DNA from: Gracilinanus agilis
Lineage: Eukaryota
Assembly (NCBI RefSeq): GCF_016433145.1
Contig: NC_058133.1
Span: 476,229,058-476,293,057 of the forward strand
Direction of reading: 5' to 3'
DNA: 64,000 bases
The translations under genes and the position numbers were made by a program. Below the pieces are notes generated by a model. That model ran no database searches. It saw only the letters and a list, made by a program, of their open reading frames with translations, and had not been told where the DNA came from. Positions 26,223-38,407 of this stretch are shown here, in pieces; position 1 is the first letter of the stretch, and every line of letters starts with the position of its first letter.

Positions 26223-28016
26223 AATTAAAGGAAAAGTTGGTAGGCTCTCTAAGAAAGAGAGTATTCATAGATTATGTATACATAGATTATTTTGTCTGAT
26301 CCTTGAAACAACCCTATGAGGTGGGCAGAGACTACTTGGCATTAGTGTTTTAGAAAGAAAAGCTACTGTATGAACAGACTGGTTAGGTATGAGATGAGTG
26401 GTATCAGCTGGAATAGGAAAGGGATATTATGAAGGGGAAATGGCAGGGTTTGTTGAGAGTTTGATCCTTGAGGAAGAATTGGAGATAGAATCAGAAAATA
26501 AGAGCTAAAGCCTTTCCTTAGGAATGTTTTGTTTCTTAAACTCCTATAATATTTATATTCTGCACCACACTACCATAAATCCTTGGTTATTTGGAACCAT
26601 AAAAGTATACATCTTCTTGGATATCCTCGCCTCTGTAGCCCAATTTTTCAAATAACAAAATTTATTCCTTTAAACATCAAAACTTTTGAGATTCACTTAT
26701 GATATTGGGAATGTTTAGCTTGCCTGGAGAAAGAGAAGAGATGGGAGGGGGTTGAAGGTAGCAGAAAGGACATGAACATGCATGACTGTCTCCAAGGATC
26801 TGAAAGCCTGTCATATGAAAGAGGGATGGACTTCACATGTTAACCATGTCTATCAATCAGAATATCTCTCCACAAGCTCAAACTCATCAAATCCAAAGCT
26901 GAACTTGTTCTTTTCCATTCTCATCTTTCTTAGAACCTCTAGATTTCTCAAATCTCAGGGCCTGTTATTTCTTACAGGAAGCCCTTCCTTATCCCACCAG
27001 CTGACAATGCCTTTGTGTCCCTCCAACTTCCTCTCATGTTACCTGTCTCTATTTTAGAAACTCACCTGTACACATGTTGCATCTCCAGGTAGACTATAAG
27101 CTCCATGAGAACAAGAACTGTTTTATTTGTATTCCCAACAGCTAGTCCTGCACCTAGTACAAAGTGGGTGATTAATAAATATTTCCTAGACTAATTCCTT
27201 TTTTTTTTTTTTTAATTCTCTTCCTTCTGTCTTAGTATTGATTCTAAGACAGAAGAGTGGCAAGGGCAAGGCAACTGAGGTTAAGTGACTTGCTCAGGGT
27301 CACAGAGCTAGGATGGGTCTGAGGTCAGACTTGAACCCAGGCCTGGTATTCTATCCACTGTGCTACCTAGCTGTCCCTGCTAATTCCTTTGGACTCCCAA
27401 GACTACACCCTAGTTCAGGTTCACAGCCCCTTTCTCTTGCATGCCTATAATAGCCTCCCCATCTCCTGTCTCTCTTCTCTAAACAATTCTCCAAAGACCT
27501 GCCCAAGTGATGTTCCGAAGGGACAGATCTGATCAGGTCATAATGTGGCTCTAAAACTGCCAGTGGTTCTCCATGTCTAAATATTTTTTGGGTCATGGAC
27601 CCATTTGGCAGTCTGGTGAAGCCATTAGATTCTGTCTCCGAATAGGTTTCCTACATTTACAAATTTTTCTTTGAAACTCTCCCTTCTGTTTGAGAATCAA
27701 TACTGAGAAGAGTGGTATGGGCTAGGCATTGGGGGGTAAGTGATTTGCCAAGGGTCACACAGCTAGGAAGTATCTGAGGTCAAATTTGAACCCAAGACTT
27801 CCTATCTCCAGGCCTGATGCTCTATCCATAGAGCCACCCAGCTGCCCCTTCCTACATTTATAATAGAAAGAAATGGTCAATTTCAGTCAGAGCTCTGTGA
27901 AAATAAAGCTGCCATCTTTTTCCTATCCACATTCATGGACTCCCTCAAATCTGTCCATGGGAACCTTTGAGACCTGAGTAAAGAAGCCCTGCACTTCTAG
28001 CATAAAATACAAACTG

Positions 28017-30004
28017 AGTAATTAGACCTTTGTCAAGAGTTTTTTGTTATATTTTCCCCCAACTTGTTGATTCCCTTCTAATTTTGGTTGCATTGGTTTT
28101 GTTTGTACAAAACCTTTTTAATTTAATGTAATCAAAATTATTTATTTTACATTTTGTAATTTTTTCTAACTCTTGCTTGGTTTTAAAATCTTTCCTTTCC
28201 CAGAGATCTGACAAGTATACTATTCTGTGTTCCCCTGATTTACTTATAGTTTCCTTCTTTATATTCATGTCATTCATCCATTCTGAATTTATCTTGGTGT
28301 AGGGTGTGAGATGTTGATCTAAACCTAATCTCTCCCATACTGTTTTCTAATTTTCTCAGTAGTTTTTGTCAAATAGTGGATTTTTGTCCCAAAAGCTGGG
28401 CTCTTTGGGTTTATCAGACTGTCTTGCTGAGGTCACTTTCCCCAAGTCTATTCCACTGATCCTCCCTTCTGTCTCTTAGCCCGTACCATATTGTTTTGAT
28501 GACCACTGCTTTATAGTACAGTTTAAGATCTGGTACTGCTAGGCCACCTTCCTTCACATTTTTTTCATTATTTCCCTTGATATTCTTTTTTTTTTAAACC
28601 CTTAACTTCTGTGTTTTGGCTCCTAGGTGGAAAAGTGGTAAGGGGGTCAAGTGACTTGCCCAGGGTCACACAGCTGGGAAATGTCTGAGGCTGGATTTGA
28701 ACCTAGGACCTCCCATCTCTAGGTCTGACTCTCAATCCACTGAGCTACCCAGCTGCCCCTCCCTTGATATTCTTGATCTTTTGTTCTTCCAAATATATAT
28801 ACATATATATATATATATATATTTTGTTCTCAAATATATAAGGAGCTAAATCAATTGTACAAAAAATCAAGCCATTCACCAATTGATAATTGGGCAAGGG
28901 ACATGAAGAGGCAATTTTCAGATAAAGAAAGAAATCAAAACTATCCATAAGCACATGAAAAAGTGTTCTAAATCTCTTATAATTAGAGAAATGAAAATCA
29001 AAACAACTCTGAGATACCACCTCACACCTAGCAGAATAGCTAACATGACAGCAAAGGAAAGTAATGAATGTTGGAGGGGATGTGGCAAAATTGGGATATT
29101 AATGCATTGCTGGTGGAGTTGTGAACTGATCCAACCATTCTGGATGGCAATTTGGAACTATGCCCAAAGGACTTTAAAAGACTGTCTGCCCTTTGATCCA
29201 GCCATAACACTGCTGGGTTTATATCCTAAAGAGATCATAAGGAAAAAGACACGTACAAAAATATTTATAGCTGTGCTCTTTGTGGTGGCAAAAAACGGAA
29301 AAAATGAGGATATGCCCTTCAATTAGGGAATGGCTAAACAAATTGTGGTATCTGCTGGTGATGGAAAACTATTGTGCTCAAAGGAATAATGAATTGGAGG
29401 AATTCCATGTGAATTGGAATGACCTCCAGGAATGCAGAGTAAAAGGAGCAGAACCAGGAGAACATTATACACAGAGACTGACATACTGTGGTAATCGAAT
29501 GTAATGGACTTCTCTACTAGCAGCAATACAATGATCCAGGACAATTCTGAGGGACTTATGAGAAAGAATGCTATTCACATTCAGAGGAAGAATGTAGTAG
29601 AAAACAGAAGAAAAACAACTGCTTGAACACATGGGTTGATGTGGGTATGATTGGGGATGTAGACTCTAAATGAACACCCTAGTGCAGGGGTCGGCAACAT
29701 ATGGCTTTCTACAGGAGCCATAAAGTCAATTTTTTTCAGGCGCTGTTATAGGAGCGCGTGCTGTGAGCACTGTACGGTTCTCACGAAATTACATTTTAAA
29801 AAATGTGGCGTTTATGGCTCTCCGTGTCAAAAAGGTTGCCAACCCCTGTCCTAGTGCAACTATCAATAATATGGAAATAGGTCTTGATCAGTGACACATG
29901 TAAAACCCAGTAGTAGAAATGCACATCAGCTATGGGGAAGGGGGGCGAGGGTAGAGAAAGAACATGAATCATGTAACCATGGAAAATTTTTTTCTAAAAA
30001 ATAA
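28017..30004 (+). mobile_element. 5'-inverted (twin-primed) L1: inverted arm 28017-~28790, sense 3' arm ~28820-30004
   Basis: 13-bp TSD AAAATACAAACTG (28004-28016 and 30005-30017). The two arms are contiguous in L1 coordinates; (TA)n lies at the junction. Confidence 0.88.
29685..29848. mobile_element. hAT (Charlie-type) MITE, 164 bp, in an L1 3'UTR
   Basis: TIRs CAGGGGTCGGCAAC / GTTGCCAACCCCTG; 8-bp TSD CCCTAGTG/TCCTAGTG. Confidence 0.88.
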
Positions 30005-31079
30005 AAAATACAAACTGTAAAGGGCCTGATTTTTAAGCCCTCTACTGTGCAATTCTGGTCTCATTTCACATTTTTTTCCTTCTGATACTCTACATTCCAG
30101 ACAAACTGGACGCCTCCTTCATCTGTAGCTGTGCTCACACTCCCTCCTCCTCCTCCTCTCTTTGCCTTTTTGAATTCTCTTCCCTGAGTCAGCTTGGGTG
30201 GTGCCTTCCTTGAAACCTTCCCTGATCCCCAGCATTCTACCTCTCCCAATTTTCCCAAGGAGGGTTTGTCTGATGTCTCCTCTGTGCACATCATTCCCCA
30301 ACCTGGGCTATACTTACCCAGGCACATGCCAGTCCCCATCCCCAGCAGAACAGACCCTGGAGGGAGGGGAGAAATTTTTTTATCCTCTCTTGCACGATGC
30401 AGGCCAGTGCCTCAGACAATCCTGGCTCTCCAGTGCTCTGAGACTCCGTTTGGGGAACCTTGTTTCTCAGTATCATGCTGTCCCCTGCTGGTCTGCTGTG
30501 GTCTTACACTTGGGGTTCAGGTGGATGCCCAGCTGCCTCACTGCCACTGAGGTGGTGAAGCACCAAAAGGAACCATAGTTCCCTCCCGCTATCCCTGTGG
30601 GCACTAGAAGCCTCCCTGCCTTCTCTTGCCCCTTCCTTGAAGCAGGTAACAGGTTAGGAGAGGGAATGGAGTCAAGCTAGGTATCGCCAGGCTCTGGCCC
30701 CCAAATTCCTCTCCAGGAAGACTCATTAACTGGTTTCTTCACTTAAAGGATTCTGAAAATGAAGAGGAAACTTGTTCCCTGCCTGCTTTGTTAACCCTTC
30801 CTACAGCATTCACTCAGCCTCTGGTCGTCGAAGGACAAGGAAGCCACTGTCTCCTAAGGCCAAACACCAGAAACAAAGGGATGTGGGGCTTGGGAGAACA
30901 AGGTGCGAATCAGCCAGAGAGAGGCCAGGAGAATCAGGATACCTGAAAAGTGGGGAGGGGGGGGTCGTTGTCCCCCCTCACCCAGGCCCGTTGACTTTCT
31001 TCCTTCGTCGAAGTCCTTGGAGTCCTGGACCTCCTGCTGCCGCCCATGGGGGGGGACGGGTTCGGCGCTGGGGGAAGAG

Positions 31080-31197
31080 CTGACCAAAGAGGGAAAGGGG
31101 AAGGAGGGTGGGGCCAGGGGTGGGGCTAAGACACAGACTAGAGTTTCTTCATTCTCGTCAGTGCTCCGGGTGCATCCAAGGCAAGACTGGCTCCAAG
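31080..31197 (+). other. TNFAIP8L2: Probable non-coding exon 1 of TNFAIP8L2 (5' boundary approximate)
   Basis: Donor AAG|GTGAGG at 31198, GC-box GGGGTGGGGC nearby, locally retained CpGs, about 1.1 kb upstream of the coding exon. The eutherian gene has one non-coding first exon. Confidence 0.6.
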
Positions 31198-31689
31198 GTG
31201 AGGGATGGACATGGGTGAAAGGACAGCCTAGGGAGAGGGGTATGAGGTAGGCCTGCTCCGCTCATGGTTCTCTTTGGAAGGACTCTTACTGGGCAAGTTG
31301 TAACACCTGGGAGACAGCTTAGTAGGGACGGAATAGAGGGAACTAGACATAGATGGGGACCTCAAAAAAAAAAAGCCTAAGGAAGAGGGCAGAAAAGATG
31401 GAGGGGGTGAGGAAAGGGGGCTGAAATGTCAGGAGAACCTAGGGGACAAAGGAGCAGGCCTAATAATGGGGATGAGAGGGCACAGAGGGCCTGAGGTGAT
31501 GAGGATGGTGCAGATACCGAGAGGGAGACGGAAAGAGGGGGTGACACAGCAGAGGAAGCAGGGCACCTGCGGCTCTTTCTCTTCCCAGCTGCCAAGCACA
31601 AAACTGAGGAGTCCCAAGCTACAACGGGGCAAAACTCCTCCCTGGGTCCTGACTGCATGAATCCTGCTGGGGAGCCGGACTCCAGGTAC

Positions 31690-31840
31690 CCATCTGTCAG
31701 ACCCCTTCAGACTCCTACTGCCAGGGGTGGGCGAGGGTGCGGCTGCTCCTCCCTGTGGCCACAGCCACATCCTGTAGAGGGGAGGAGGGGGAAGTGAGAA
31801 GCAAAACCACCGGAGGAACTGGAGGCAGGGAACCTGATTG
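31690..31840. promoter_or_regulatory. Candidate haematopoietic enhancer in the TNFAIP8L2 intron
   Basis: Cluster of GGGGAAGTGAGA and GAGGAACT (PU.1/ETS-type) and TGTGGC/GCCACA (RUNX-like) motifs in non-repeat sequence. TIPE2 is immune-enriched. Confidence 0.4.
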
Positions 31841-32323
31841 GGGGAAATTCTAGGACCCGAACAGCCCTCTGAAAGAACTCAAGACTTTTTTGGAGGGGTC
31901 TCCAATTCAGTACCAAATGAAAACCTTAGTCATCCCAGGATGAAGTTCTTCTGGGGGGCCCTGACCCTTCACCTCCCCTGGTGCTGAGAAGACTCCCTGC
32001 ATCATTTGCCTTCTTCCACTCTCCTTTCCTTCCATAGTCTACTTTCTTCTTAGGCTTAGCTCATGACAGGCTGGTTTGAGATGCCCTTTGTCAGTGCCCT
32101 AACCAAACCTTTCCCTGGCTCCTCTATTCTGCTCTTGGAGATAGAATCTCTAGAAAAGAACCCTAAAAAGCAAGAATGTTTGGGCTCATGGGAAGAGAAA
32201 CAGCTGGTACGAGAGACAAGAGAGGAGGAAAGCCACCTGTCTCCCTCTCAGGAACCTTGTAGCCTATTCTTTCTGTTGATATTTAACTGTAACATGGACT
32301 TGGATCTTTGTCCCCTAGGGATC

Positions 32324-32878
32324 ATGGAGCCCTTCAGCTCAAGAAACCTTGCCCTACAGGCAGAGAAGAAACTCCTGAGCAAGATGGCAGGGAGGTCAGT
32401 GGCACACCTCTTCATCGATGAGACCAGCAGTGAGGTGCTGGATGAACTTTACAGGGTATCTAAAGAGTATACTCAAAGCCGAGGCGAGGCCCAGCGAGTC
32501 ATCAAGGACTTGGTCAAGGTGGCCATCAAGGTGGCGGTATTGCATCGAAATGGGCGGTTTGGTCCTGGGGAGATGACCCTGGCAGCTCGATTCCGCCAGA
32601 AGCTTCGTCAAGGCGCCATGACAGCTCTCAGCTTTGGTGAAGTAGACTTCACCTTTGAAGCCGATGTGCTGACTGCCCTGTTAACAGAGTGCCGGGACAC
32701 CTTACTTGAGCTGGTAGAGCACCACCTTACGACCAAGTCTCATGGCCGTATCCGCCATGTCTTTGATCACTTCTCGGACCCCAGCCTACTCACTGCCCTG
32801 TATAGTCCTAGCTATGCCCAACATCTTGGCAAGATCTGTGATGGGCTCAGAAAGCTGCTGGATGAGGGCAAGCTTTGA
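32324..32878 (+). CDS. TNFAIP8L2: TNF alpha-induced protein 8-like 2 (TIPE2), single coding exon, 184 aa
   Basis: ORF MEPFSSRNLALQAEKKLLSKMAGRSVAHLFIDETSSEVLDELYRVSKEY...LRKLLDEGKL* matches TIPE2. Acceptor ccctag|GG at 32317-32318 just before the ATG; AATAAA at 33325-33330. Confidence 0.97.
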   Translation: MEPFSSRNLALQAEKKLLSKMAGRSVAHLFIDETSSEVLDELYRVSKEYTQSRGEAQRVIKDLVKVAIKVAVLHRNGRFGPGEMTLAARFRQKLRQGAMTALSFGEVDFTFEADVLTALLTECRDTLLELVEHHLTTKSHGRIRHVFDHFSDPSLLTALYSPSYAQHLGKICDGLRKLLDEGKL

Positions 32879-34483
32879 GGGCAAGCTTCCTGGCTCCATT
32901 ACCCCCAAAAGGTGATGGATTCTGAATGGGCAATAGGCCACAACTCTTTAGCCCTCCTCATCTACTTTAACCCCTTCTACCCCACCCCCGGCTTGAGGCT
33001 CCTTAGATGGTTGTTGGCTCTGGGGATCTCTTACCCTATAGGGGGAAAAAAATGGGGATTCACAAGCCCCTCCCTCCCCAGCCTTTGGCCACCAGACAGG
33101 AAATGAAGCTGCCTGAAAAAGATGAAGTGAAAGTCAGACCTACTTCCCCATGATCTGGACACATGATATGGGGAAAGTCCTTCCAGCACCCCAAGCTTCA
33201 GATGGGGAGGTTGTTATCAAACTCAAGGCCAGCCCAATGGCCAACAGTTCTGAGGACAGTTTGGAGGGACATTAGAAGCCTTATTTCCAGAAAGGGTCAG
33301 GAAGGGGAAGATACTCAGAAGGGAAATAAATCTATTAAAACATGTACAGGGCTCTATGTTTAATCTCTGCGGTTTCTAATAACTTACTATCAACACAGGG
33401 AGAAGGGAATGGGAAAACACATTCACTTTCCTCCACATTCAACATTAAATAACAAAATATGGCAGACTCTTAGCCTCAAAGAGTCTCCCTAGCCTGCTGT
33501 TTTCTCTTCAGAGACACAGAATTACACCTCAAGCTGGTGCTACAAACCACAAATAAATATGCGATGGAGGATAAAGGAACCAGGAGGCCATGGAGGTAAC
33601 AGAGGATCCCTCCTCCAATGCTCAGGCTCAATATGGGGAGGCAGGGGGCACACATGTGCATGCAGTACACAGATAGTCAGTCCTACTTTTTAAATCTCAA
33701 ACTGACTACCCATTCAGAGGGTCACTCCTCCCATCCCTTTATCCACCCCAACATAAAGCTCAGAGGAACAGAGCAGAAAAGTGGAAGGGAAGGAAAGGAT
33801 GATCAAACTCTAGAAGAAACTCCTAAGTCACTGAAAGAAAGCAGGACCAGTTGGGTCAAGGTTAAGACCAGTATTTCACTTCCTGATTTGGGGAAGAAAG
33901 TTGGTACAGCATCCAGGAAAGCTGGTTCAGTACCTCAGTGCCACAAGGCAGGGGTTGGGACTCTGACATACCTGACAGTCCCCAGGACTCACTAGACTGA
34001 GGGGGCTACGGGAACAGCCATCACAGCTGACCATTCCTTAGCTGCCACCCTGAGAGCTAGTAGGACTCTCATCTTCTGTTAGGAATAGCCAATAAATAGG
34101 ATTCCAACATAGCACCAAATAAATTAGAGAGAAGGGTGGGAGGGAATGGGGGGATAGGTTCTGGAGATCCCTCCACCCTATGGTAAGGCCAAGGAATTGT
34201 GATAGGAATGAAAGAGAGGAAGGAAAGGATATAAAGCGCTCTCTGAATCTAATAGACATCTAGATCCAGCCAAAAGAATTTGGAAAGGATCTATGACAAC
34301 CCTTCCATACCTCTCTACAATCCCTGACATGGACGAATGTTAGGCCAGGTAGAAGAGTGGAAGGGGAGGAAAGTCAAAAGGGGATGGGCTGAGACACTGA
34401 ATTCTCAACCTTCACCCCAGTTTAAACTCTCCATCACACAGGTTCTCCTCTACTACTTCTCTCTTCCCAACATTTTGGGGGTA

Positions 34484-37400
34484 TCAGAGTTTAAAGATTT
34501 CATCTTCCTGGTCCCGTAAGGTGGCTGTCCTTGTTGTTCGAGTCAGGGGTACAGGGCCTAGTACTGCCCGTTGCTGCTTTCGGGGAGAAGCCAAGTGAGG
34601 GTGTAGATCCTCCCCCGGTACCCTGTAGGTAATGAAGGAAAAAGCAATCAGGAAGGGAGGGAGGGAAGGAACAGGCATTTATTCAGAACCTACTATGTGC
34701 CAAACTGTGCTATGTGCTAGACACTTTACAAATTTCTCACTTGAAGGAAGGACTCTGGGGGTAACTAGAGATCTAGGAAGCTGCCTTAGTAACACTGCCA
34801 TGTCAGTCCAAGGCTGAACTTTCCTTGCCCCTGAAGAATAGAATAATAAGAGGAACTTGAAACCCAAATCCCCTATACTCCAAAGATGTATTCTAGCTTT
34901 GCTTCTGAAAATCAAATTTTAAGCTGGAAGGGGTCTTTAAGACCATCTAATCCATTTCCTCCATTTTCAAGAGAAAGAAAGTCAGGTCCCCCCACAGCAT
35001 TTTATGGCTAAGACCCAGATTCCCATCTCCTGATCCCCAATCTGGAGCCCTTCAACAACTGCTTCTATTGAGTGTTAGAGAGGCTGTTCAGAAACACCAA
35101 AGACTTACCCACTCTCGCCTTTCTTCAGTTTCTTGACAGCAGCCTTCTTTGACAGACTGATTTGTGAGTCAATCTTCTTAAGGAAGTCAGTAGCAGAGAG
35201 GTCATGGCTGGGTATGGGGAGGTCCTGGTCACTGCTGGCTTTTTCTTCTTTTTTCCTCAAAACTGAGGGAGATTCAGCTCCACCTTGACTCAATAGCATT
35301 TCTTCCTCTCTTTCTTCTTCTTCCTCAGAATCTAGCCCATTGAATAATCCTCGAGGCTCAGTCAGAATAGGAATATAGAGAGTTTTCTTGAGGAAGATGG
35401 AGTCATTAGTATAAAGACGATTAGCACGCTTAATCTGTTCCATCTTAGGGGGAGAAAAGGAAGGGGCACCAGATTAATAAAAGCAAAAATGTGGTTTACA
35501 ATTTTAAATAATTTTTAACCCTTACTTTCTGTCTTAGAATCAATACTGAGTATTGGTTCCAAAGCAGAAAAGTGTAAGGGCTAGGATATGAGCCCAAGGA
35601 TCACCTAGCTAGTAAGTTTCTGAGGCCATATTTGAACCCAGGATCTCCTGTTTCTAGGCCTGCCTCTCAATTCACTGAGCTACCTAGCTCCTACTGCTTT
35701 ACATGATACTAACAACTATCCTGAGGAGTAAAGAGGGCAGGTATAATCCTTGTTTTATAGATTAATATGCTGAGGCCTACTTAAAAGATCATGACTTACC
35801 AATGAACACAAAATTAGCAAATTCTAATAAACTCAGGGCTTCTTACTGACAAATCTTGTACTCTGCAACATTTATTATTAATACTTACATGAATTTATCA
35901 GCATTTTTCTATCATATACACTGGTTAAAGTGGAGCATGATCATCCATTAGGAAGGTAGTCCTTAGAATTATGTCTCTAAGAATATAGAGAGACCATTCT
36001 GTCCAACTTCTGGAAACTTGATATATAACCAAGGAATTTCTATCCTAGGGGGCATCTAGGTGGCCCAGAGAATTGAGAACCAGGCCAAGACTTAGTTCTG
36101 GGTTCAAATTTGACCTCAAACATTTCCTAACTGTGTGACCCTGGGCAGGTCACTTAATGCCCATTGCTCTTCAGCTTTGGAACCAATACACAGTATTGAT
36201 TCTAAGAAGGAAGGAGAGAGCTTATTTAAAAAGAAAAAAACTATTTCTATTCTAGCATAAAACTATCATAGTAGAGTTGAATAACAGATCATTGGACTTA
36301 TACCATCAGGCATACCTGAATGTGAATCCTGCCTCAGACATTTACCAGATGTGAGACCCTGGGCAAGTCATGTCTTTACTTTCAGCCCCAGTTCCTTCAT
36401 CTATAAAATGAAGATAATAATAGCACCTACCTCACAGGGTTGGGAGGATTAAATAGGATAACCTATAAAATGTTTCAAAAGCCTTAAAGTACTCTAGAAT
36501 GCTGTTATTATCATTATTAAAAACACATCATTCAAATAAACTGGAGGAATTCCATGCAAATTGGAGAGACCTCCAGGAAGTGATGCAGAGTGAAAGGAGC
36601 AGAACCAGAAGAACATTGTACACAGAGACTGATATACTATGGTAAAATCAAATGTAATGGGCTCCTGTACCAACAGCACTGCAATGACACAAGACAGCTC
36701 TGAGGGATTTATGGTAAAGATGCTACCCACATTCAGAGGAAGGACTGCAGGAGAGGAAACATATAAGATAAACAATTGCTTGAATGCATGGACTGAGGCG
36801 GACATGAATGGGAAATAGACCCTGAACATGGACACTTGTTACAACCAGTGGAAATGTGCGTTGGCCATGGGTGGGGGGAGAGGGGGGTGAAGGGGAAAGT
36901 AGGGGCATAAAGTATGTAAACAGATTAAAAATGAATATTAATAAATGTCTAAAAAAACCACATCATTCAGAACAACGAAAAATTACCATGAATTTGTATG
37001 GTATGGTTTGTTTTTTTTTTTGCTTTTTTAGTCTTAACCTTCAATCCTAGAATCAATATTGTGTATTGGTTCCAAGGCAGAAGAGAAATAAGGGCTAGGC
37101 AATTGAGATTAAGTATCTTGCCTACATTACATAACTAGAAAGTCTCAGGACCCCCACCCCACCCCCACCCCCAGGTCTAGCTCTTAATCCACTGAGCCAT
37201 CTAGCTGCCATTTATTCTTCAAAGTGCTTTTACTGTTATCTCATTTTGTTTTCAGACAAAAAAAAAATGAGTTCACAGTGATATAATTGTCTCCTCAGGA
37301 CCACCCTTCTGGGAGGGAAAACACTGTTCCTATTTGACTCTAAGCAAAGACAATTTTAGTGTCTCAGCCAAAGCATCAGAGGCTGGACTCCAGACAACCT

Positions 37401-38407
37401 GATTATCAGCCAAGGATTAGGCTCACCAGAGATCAGTCCCCAGCCTCTTTTGCACAGAAGGGGGCAGCCCAGGGCTAGGCAGAGAAAGCTCTCTTGGCTA
37501 CTTCTTTGGTGAGAATCCAATCCTCCTATGAGTGTGCAAGCTTGTGCTTGTGTGTTTTACAATCTCCAGGTGATGAGCTCAACATCAAAATATGGTAATA
37601 AATAAAACCTAAATAAACCGACAAACTCGAATGCATTTCTCTATCTATGATAGGCATGGGTGTGTGTGTATGTGTCTGTTTACCTTCTCAGAGTGAATCA
37701 GCTCCCAGGAGGGAGGTTAGAATGAGGCAATAAATGCAGCCACAAACTGAGTTTCTACATTTGTAGGACTGCACTCTAAGCAACATGAAATCTTTGTTGA
37801 AAATCTTTAGAGATTTTCCTCTGTATCACTGAGGGGAAGGGAGGGGTGTCACCCTAACTAGAGATTGGTGGGCAAGGGACAGTACCCTCATCCCCCTCCC
37901 CCAACCCACTGTGAAGTGGGTAAATGCACTGGGCCTGGAATCAGGAAGACCTGGGTTCAAATTCGGATTCATGAGAGCTAGCTGTGTCATTGGTCTCAGC
38001 CTCAGTTTCCTGGCCTGTAAAATGGGGATCATAACAGCATCACTCTCCCAGGGTGGCAGGAGATAACTTGGAGCATCTCCTTCTCTCTCTATACAGCAGA
38101 CTATGGTTATCATGATAGAAATGGTTTCAGGGAAGCCATTTGGACCCGTCCTGGTTCGGCCTTAGCAGCGAGGTCCAGGGAGTTAGCCCTCGGGAAAGTT
38201 GCCCTCGCCATGCTCCCGCCCACTCACCGTCACCCCGTATTTGAGCGCCAGGCCGGGCAGGGTGTCTCCGGGCTCCAGCAGGTGCTCCACCCGCCGCTCG
38301 CGCACTGGGGAACAGGCCGACTGCACCAGGCTGCCGTAAGAGCGGGCCCGACTCCCTCGCAGGAGCCCCGACCCCCCCGGGGACGCCTGCCGGGAGGGGG
38401 ACGCCAT
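34484..38407 (-). CDS. LYSMD1: LysM domain-containing protein 1; complement(join(34484..34622,35109..35443,38228..38407)), 217 aa
   Basis: MASPSRQ...EHLLEPGDTLPGLALKYGVT|MEQIKRANRLYTNDSIFLKKTLYIP...|...LRDQEDEIFKL*. The LysM motif is split over exons 1 and 2. GT-AG sites with consistent phases; 654 nt. Confidence 0.96.
36535..36955 (+). mobile_element. L1 3' end in LYSMD1 intron 1
   Basis: L1 ORF2 end and 3'UTR with A-tail, flanked by ACATCATTCA direct repeats. Confidence 0.8.
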
